Source of the DNA: Chromera velia
Taxonomy: Eukaryota
Length of the DNA stretch: 54,489 nt
Reading direction: 5' to 3'
NCBI GenBank assembly: GCA_018398765.1
Contig: JAHBMJ010000203.1
Location: forward strand, 1 to 54,489
Of the stretch, positions 47,576-54,489 are shown piece after piece (positions within the stretch are counted from its first letter, which is position 1; every line of letters starts with the position of its first letter). A program made the position numbers and the translations under genes. The notes below the pieces were generated by a model. That model was given only the letters and a program-made list of their open reading frames with translations. It was not told where the DNA came from and did no database searches.

Positions 47576-50565
47576 TCAAATAAATTTTGCCTCCTGCTCT
47601 GCCCCATATTGTTCAAGTCTGTCCTCCAGAGGTCTGTTCACCCATCTTTCCCGCCCCATGAAAATCGTTTTCCATTTGAGACGTAAAGGGGCATCTGGAG
47701 TAGCGGTAGCGGCAGGCTGAAAGTTGGAGTCTGTTTGCTCTTCTCTTTCTCGCTCTTCTTTTTCTTTGATCATCTTCTCTTTGAATTCAGCCAAAGTCAT
47801 GCTCTCCTTCTCTCTGAATTCCCACTCATTGTCGATAAGAATTGTGACTTTGACCTGTTCGAGAGAAAGAGGGGGGAGCAAAGCTGGAGGGGGCCCGGGG
47901 GAGCTGCAGGAGGCAGCTAAGCACTTAGGGGCACCGTTCCTACGCTTGGAGGCACCCCTCTTCTGAGGCCTCCTCCTGCACCCCCTCCCTGCGCCCCCAA
48001 AGCCTGAATTAGGGGGGTCAGCAGGTTGACAATAGGAGCCACTGCGGCTCCCACTTCTTTTCCTACACTCACTCCCAGTTCTCCAAGCACCCCTTTTACT
48101 TTCTCATACCCCCTTCCTCCCCCAGCTGCCCCCCCTAGCCCTGCATTCTTTGCGGACGCTTGGTTGGTTCGAGACGAGGCACCGACGATCGGCTGGGTTG
48201 GGTGGAAGGGTTTTCCTGGGGCCACTTCCACTGCTTCTCCATTGATGAGCTGGTCAAGGGTGAAGGTGGGCTTCTTGATCACCGTGCCCTGCCCCTTAAC
48301 GACTCTGTTGTATTTGTTCTAGACGGGAATGATCCCCATTGGCCCATCCCAGTCGAAGTCTGTCTGCCCTGTCCTATACCACTATAAAATTATAGTTTTA
48401 TTCATCGACAACCAGAGGACAATCGCTGTGTACGTGAAGGCATTGTGAAGAAAATAGGCCTTCCACACAGACATTGGTGCTACCCCTCTCTCCCCCGCTC
48501 TCTTTGCAGCCAGTTTTTTTATGAATTCCTTTACCTGGTCACTGACCTGTAAGAAATTCACGGTCAGTTTTTCGTTCGATTCCTTTTCCTCTGCAGAGAG
48601 CTCTGCATTCCCAAGTCCCATTTTCTCAGGCTGGAACTTGCTGCCCTGATCGTTGCAAAGGGCCTCATCACCCTGAGCGACCCCTCTCCTTTTTCTTCCC
48701 CCCCTGGACTTTCCCCCATCCTGGCCTGTGAAAGAGCACACTGTAGAGGAGACGGCATCTGTAGTGGATGCTAGGTCGACATCAACAATGATTGCCATCA
48801 TAACCACCTCATCTCCCTGCTTTTTTCCCTTTTTTCCTGCTTTCTTCTTCTTTTCCTCTACAGTGAATTGTTCTTTGAATATGTGATCAGACACTGCCAA
48901 AGCCTTGATCCCTGCTGGGTAGGGGGAGACAAAACGTGGGGCGTTATTGGAGGAGGCGTTTCTGATAGGAGGGAGGGTGGCGGATGGCGTTATTGCAACG
49001 TACAAAAGAAATTGATCCATCTCTTCTACATGTACAACAAACCCCCCAACTTCTTTTTCTTGCACAACCCCCTCACCCACCTCACCCTCTGCACCACCCT
49101 CACCTTCTGCACCCACAGGATGTACAACCCCCTCACCCCTCTCACCCTCTGCACCCACAGCCTAAGGATGTACAACCCCCTCACCTCTTTCACCCTCTGC
49201 ACCCACAGCCTGAGGATGTACAATCCCCTCACTCCCCTTACCCTCTGCACCCACAGGATGTACAATCCTCTCACCCCCCTCACTCTCTGCACCACCCTTA
49301 CCCTCTTGATGGAGAGAGAGTCTCTGCATCTGTTCAGAGAGTCCCCGTATGTTGGGGGCATCGGGCTGTTCGATAGGAGCCGCAGCAGGGGCAGCCACAA
49401 CTCCCTTCAGCATGAGCCTCTCGTTTTCCCCTTTGGGGATTGCAATGATTGTTGGAGGGACAAGGCCGGAGATAAGAAAGGCATTCAGAGTCGTGAAGGC
49501 TTAGCACTCTGATGCAAGGATGCGTCTTGCAATATATCCGACTTCTTTGATCTTCAGAGTATTGGTTTGTTGGGGGCTGTGTCTCTGAATCTCCTCCCAC
49601 GCCTTCTCCACAATGGAGAGGATGTCTGCTACTGTTGGCTGTTTGTCAAGACGGATGAGTTTGGAGGTCAGGGGGGTCTGTGTGCCTGAAGACTGCTTCT
49701 GCTCAATGGACTCTCTTGTATAAAACCGGAGAGCAATGTCTTTTCAAATTGGGAAGGGCGCTCTCTTCGACCCATCGATAGGGAGTCGACCCTGTCTCCC
49801 TCTTGCAGGACTTCTGGGTCCTGGTCCTCCCACTCCCGTTCGTCTTCTTCTTCTTCTTTTTCATCTTTATCACCATCCTCTTCTTCTTTTTTCTCTCTCT
49901 CCTCCTTCTTGTTCCCTGTTTTCGCTTTTCTCTCTTCCTCTCACTCCAAGTCTTTGGGGTCCCCCAAGTCCCCGATGCTTAACAAAACAGAGGAGCCTGT
50001 ATAGTCTGATCCAGAGGCAGCATACTTCCCCTCTCTTTTCTTCTTCTGCTGCAGCTATTTAGTAACTCCCTTCACCTTGGCTTTCGGTGCAGCACCCTTG
50101 GCAGCTGCACCCCTGCGAACTCGAAGGCCCCCCTCCTTTTGGGTAGTTTGGAGGGGAGGCAACAGCCGATGCACCACCCAAGGCAGCAGCAACGGAAGAT
50201 GCCCCGGGCCCAAAAGCTTTTTCAGGCTGTAACAGTTGCTGTTGCTGTGGAGGCGGGGCATCGCCGGGCTGTTGCTGTGGAGGGGGGGCAAGTAAGGCAT
50301 CTTCGCCTGGGTTTTTCTCAAGTGGGCCGAGGGCTGGGGGCATCTGCACAACAATTTTGTTCGGTCTCTTCTCCTCCTCTGGGGTCTCGGGATGACTGTG
50401 TTTCTCACGAGGTGGGGCCGGGCTAAAGACTGCAGGGGGATTGGGAGGAGGAGGGGGGGCCGGAGCGGCAACATCCCCGGCAACAACAGAGGAGACAGGA
50501 ACGGCCGGAGCAACAACAGAGATGCCTGCACGAAGACGCATAAAAGAAAAGGAACGTAAAATCAT
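47576..50565 (-). pseudogene. Large cargo gene (~1000 codons, Pro/Gly/Glu-rich, unknown family), convergent with the transposase
   Basis: ORF pieces 49162-49413, 48382-49158, 47917-48282 and 47576-47881 share one frame broken by TAG stops; upstream piece 50059-50565; gtgagt donor near 50625. Confidence 0.6.
49060..49305. repeat. Coding minisatellite (~45-54 bp) encoding VGAEGE.GEG.VHP repeats
   Basis: Repeated ggatgtacaa.ccc.tcac.cct.t.accctctgcaccc. Confidence 0.9.
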
Positions 50566-51900
50566 CTAGCAACTACCCTAAATAGACTCTTGATGTCTGA
50601 AGCATGGTATGACAGCTGTACTCACCCTCTTGGATCATCTTTGAGAGGGCCTTTTACATCTTGGTGGAGTCCATTAGCCTCGCTGTTGTCTCTGGCGTAT
50701 CCTCCAGGTCATCGCATTTAATATTCAACAAACCACAATGGAAGTAAGAAGTAGCAGACAGGAAGCGAGACTGGATAGCTTGACACTGAAAATCCACTTG
50801 TTGTTGTTTGTCGCAGCCCTGCCTTCTGCAGTGAACCATGCAGACAAACGACACTGGAGCAACACCGAAGGTGCGGAAAAGAACCTGCTCCAATTAATTT
50901 TTTTTCACCGAAAGGAACCTGATCACACGAGTGAGAGTGAGTATTACAATGAGAGCTATTGAGTGAGACAGTGGGCGAGTATATATATGTATGTAGAGAG
51001 AGAGGGCAACTTGAAGCTAGAGAGAGAAAGTGAGAGAGCACAGTCTCTCTTCTGGAAAAAAGTTAATCAAGGGAGCTGTGTGAAAACTGCGTCCCGAAAA
51101 GTCAATCCAAGTAGCCCTGGAAAGCGAATCGCCCAGGGGCGTGCCGGGATGCTCGGAGGAGGTCCCCCGACGCTCAAAAATTAGTCCTGGGCCGCCAATT
51201 TTTTTGGCCCAAAAGTCAATCTCAATCTCAATCCAGAAGTAAAATTGCAAAATTGACTTTAATGTGGTATATGTTCTTAACCATCCTTTATATTTTTTGT
51301 ATGAAGAACTGAAAAAAAGTTTATAATGGATCCATCAGGTAGCGCAGTAAAGCGTTACGTATGGGGCTTATAAGAAGTAAGTTCTGTTATACAAGGTTTG
51401 TACTTCTCTCTACTTATCTCCTAGACAATGCTTTATTACCTCCAGACTGTCTGACCTACATGACGCGTTCAATGACTGATAGACGGAATAGATTGACGCA
51501 CGCTATACATGCATACATCATGCCATGCAGACTCGCAATATGCGCAGCTCGTTCCATGCTGACACACTGCGTTGCATATTGTCACTCAAACCTTCATAAT
51601 GTAACGGGATTTGAAATTTACAGGTCGGTCTAGATTAAACCTATAAACAAATTTATCAACAATTTTTATAACTTGTTATAATTAAAAAAACCTCAATATA
51701 AACTTTTAAGACTTAATCAAGAAATGACTCCTAATGACTCGTTAACGCTCACTATGGTTTCATTTATTATGTCTCAATCTTCAAAGTACGTTCACTGCGT
51801 TGAGTTCATCTATTTAAAAATCAACGACCATCATCTGATTGCTCTTGATTTTGCGGACAAAGATCCATTAGATGTGGGACGGAAGGAGAGAGAGAAGGGG

Positions 51901-51953
51901 TCTCTCTCTCCCCCGTTCTCTCTGTCCCTCGTTCTCGCGCTCTCTCTCTCTTT

Positions 51954-51987
<34 letters not shown>

Positions 51988-52005
51988 CTCTCTCTCTCTT
52001 TCTCT

Positions 52006-52051
<46 letters not shown>

Positions 52052-52393
52052 CGCACTCTCTCTCTCTCTCTGTTTGCACGCTCTCTCTTTCTTTTCGCTC
52101 TCTCTTTGCTCTGTCTCTCTCTTTCTCTCTCTCTCTTTCTCTTTTCTTTCTCTCTCTTGCCCTCTCTTCGCTCTCGCCCTCTCTTCGCTCTTGCTCTCTC
52201 TCTCTCTCTTTCTCTCTGTCTCGCCCTCTCTTCGCTCTCGCCCTCTTTTCGCTCCCGCCCTCTCTTCGCTCTCGCTCTCTCTCTCTCTCTCCCTTCCTCT
52301 CTTCCTCTCTTCCTCTCTTGAAGTTCCTCTCTTCTTCTCTTCTTCCCTTCTCTCTCCTCTCTCCTCTCTCCTCTCTCCTCTCTCCTCTCTCTC

Positions 52394-52473
<80 letters not shown>

Positions 52474-52675
52474 GCTCTCTCTCTTTGCACTCTCTCTCTC
52501 TCTCTCTTTGCGCGCTCTCTCTCTCTTTTCGCTCTCTCTTCGCTCTATCTCTCTCTTTCTCTTTTCTTTCTCTCTCTCGCCCTTTCTTTGCTCTCGCCCT
52601 CTCTTCGCTCTTGCTCTCTCTCTCTCTCTCTCTTTCTCTCTGTCTCGCCCTCTCTTCGCTCTCGCCCTCTCTTCG

Positions 52676-52711
<36 letters not shown>
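51901..52711. repeat. (CT)n microsatellite with CGCT interruptions
   Basis: Seen directly. Confidence 0.97.
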
Positions 52712-52712
<1 letters not shown>

Positions 52713-53107
52713 AACAGAGTGGACTCTAAAGTAAGACTTAGTGGAATCTAAAGTCACTTTTAAATTTACTATATTCTAGCTTCATTATAAAGTAAAACTA
52801 GGTTACTTGAAGCAATCTAGAGTCTTTTAAAGCATTTAAAATCGTTACTTCTGTACAAATCTGCTCAAATATGCTCAAAAGACTGGTTGATTAGCTAGGG
52901 TGCATGGTGAGAAAAATTATGATCACCACGGCATGTAGAAGTTAGTGAATGTTACCTGCAAAGAAATACACAGGCACAACACTAGTGGATACGCTCAAAA
53001 GCAACGTTTAGCGCTGCCAATCAACTACAAAGAATTGTTTCTTCTGCAAGGGAAACAGTGCAGGAAGGAGGGTTTCATAGCTAGGCTGGTCAGACCGGAC
53101 AGGAGGT

Positions 53108-54489
53108 GGTCAGCAGGGGTCGGAGAGAACAGAGCACAGAGACAACATAATTCTTTTTACAAAGAACTCACACTACACGGTGTAAAAGCTTGTAAATCGT
53201 TCTGCATGTGTCAATGAGAAACTGTGAAAAAGAAAGACAGGTCCGTAGGTAGATCCAGATGTTTAGAGGGAGACCAGTACGGAGTGCCACAAATGAGAAA
53301 GGATGAACGAGTAAGGAGCACTTGCATCGGGATAGTACGGACCGCTTTCAAGGACTGACACACACGAAGCAAGTGAAAGACATTCAAATGTATGAAAGCT
53401 GAGCGATTGTTCTGGGTGGAAAAATGTTTAGCAGGACTGAGAGCTGTGCAAAGCATCAGAAGAGGCAGTCAAAAAATGGAAGCTCCAGCAGACTCTCCAT
53501 CGACCCTCTCTCACTGACCTCCCTTATACGTTTCTATCAAGCTCCTAGCAGAACAAAGAAGCTAGATGCTAAGCAAATCATCATGCAAAGCGAGAGAGCG
53601 AGCCGCGCTTCCTTAACTAACCTGCAAGTATCCTCAAGTCTCCGTCCACAAACACCTGCAAACACGGAGGGACAGACGTTCACGCTTTGTACAGTCAAGG
53701 AAACACTTCTGTCTAGCTTATTCTGCGCGCACAAGGTCCCAAGAAAAAGACTAAGAGCCTAAGAAACAGCGGGTCCGGACAGGCTGACCTGGGAGTTCAA
53801 CTTGACGCCGGGGCTCCCAAGACTGTGACCTGCAAGGAAAGAGTAAGGAGAGCGATGAGGGCAGCAGTACTTTAATACCTAGATAAGGCCGGCAGCCCTT
53901 CCCCACTTGAACAGGAGGAGCAGCAGCAAGCAGAAAGATATTAGAAATAAGACTAAGACCACTGGCGTCCACTGGACCCACCTCCAAGCTCCACTTCGTG
54001 CCGACCCGAGGTGACCCAACAACACCCGTCTCCTCCAGAGCCCCGAAAGTTCACTCCCCAAAAAAAAGTCAAAACCGAGAAAACGCTCTGTCAGACATCT
54101 TCTAAAACCATCAGCTTCCATTTTTTGACTGCCTCTTCTGATGCTTTGCACAGCTCTCAGTCCTGCTAAACATTTTTCCACCCAGAACAATCGCTCAGCT
54201 TTCATACATTTGAATGTCTTTCACTTGCTTCGTGTGTGTCAGTCCTTGAAAGCGGTCCGTACTATCCTGATGCAAGTGCTCCTTACTCGTTCATCCTTTC
54301 TCATTTGTGGCACTCCGTACTGGTCTCCCTCTAAACATCTGGATCTACCTACGGACCTGTCTTTCTTTTTCACAGTTTCTCATTAACACATGCAGAACGA
54401 TTTGCAAGCTTTTACACCGTGTAGTGTGAGTTCTTTGTAAAAAGAATTATGTTGTCTCTGTGCTCTGTTCTCTCCGACCCCTGCTGACC
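53108..54489. repeat. Long inverted repeat: 53108-53484 versus 54113-54489 (reaches the window end), 628-bp spacer
   Basis: Arms are reverse complements; I saw 3 mismatches, all transitions; near-identical ORFs 53211-53456(-) and 54141-54386(+). Confidence 0.97.

Larger units (their letters stand above)
44310..51267 (+). mobile_element. ~7-kb IS630/Tc1-mariner element with ~200-bp imperfect TIRs and TA flanks
   Basis: 44310-44511 is inverted relative to about 51056-51267 (gattgagattgacttttgggccaaaaaaattggcggccc.ggact); ends TA|CCGCAT...ATGTGG|TA. Confidence 0.88.

Noticed and set aside
46116..49161. Stop-codon reassignment (TAG read as Gln)
   Set aside because: TAG, TAA and TGA all interrupt frames, some at expected Trp or Arg positions and alongside frameshifts, while intact ORFs end on TAG or TAA; transition damage explains it.

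Overview
Eukaryotic, repeat-dense DNA: GT/GA/CT/ATTC microsatellites, GT-AG introns, and TGCATGCA motifs upstream of the intact genes. An alveolate (chromerid-like) host is my inference only. Most of the window is decayed transposons whose damage is mainly C>T/G>A: two convergent Ty3/Gypsy elements (one with a chromodomain), hAT and non-LTR remnants, a gag-like LTR element, a 4.25-kb tandem duplication, and a 7-kb TIR element with an IS630/Tc1 DD36E pseudo-transposase and large cargo ORFs. The most notable feature is a 3.2-kb element (18626-21846) bounded by two direct copies of a ~376-bp TIR-bearing module. It carries two intact overlapping ORFs: a putative GIY-YIG endonuclease with a CCHC knuckle and a divergent DD34D Tc1/mariner-type transposase. 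Host-like genes are a spliced ubiquitin-like/RRM fusion and an intronless P-loop kinase holding an antisense gene fragment. The left end has an array of splice-site-bounded units separated by GT tracts. All family calls are by-eye motif recognition; no searches were run.
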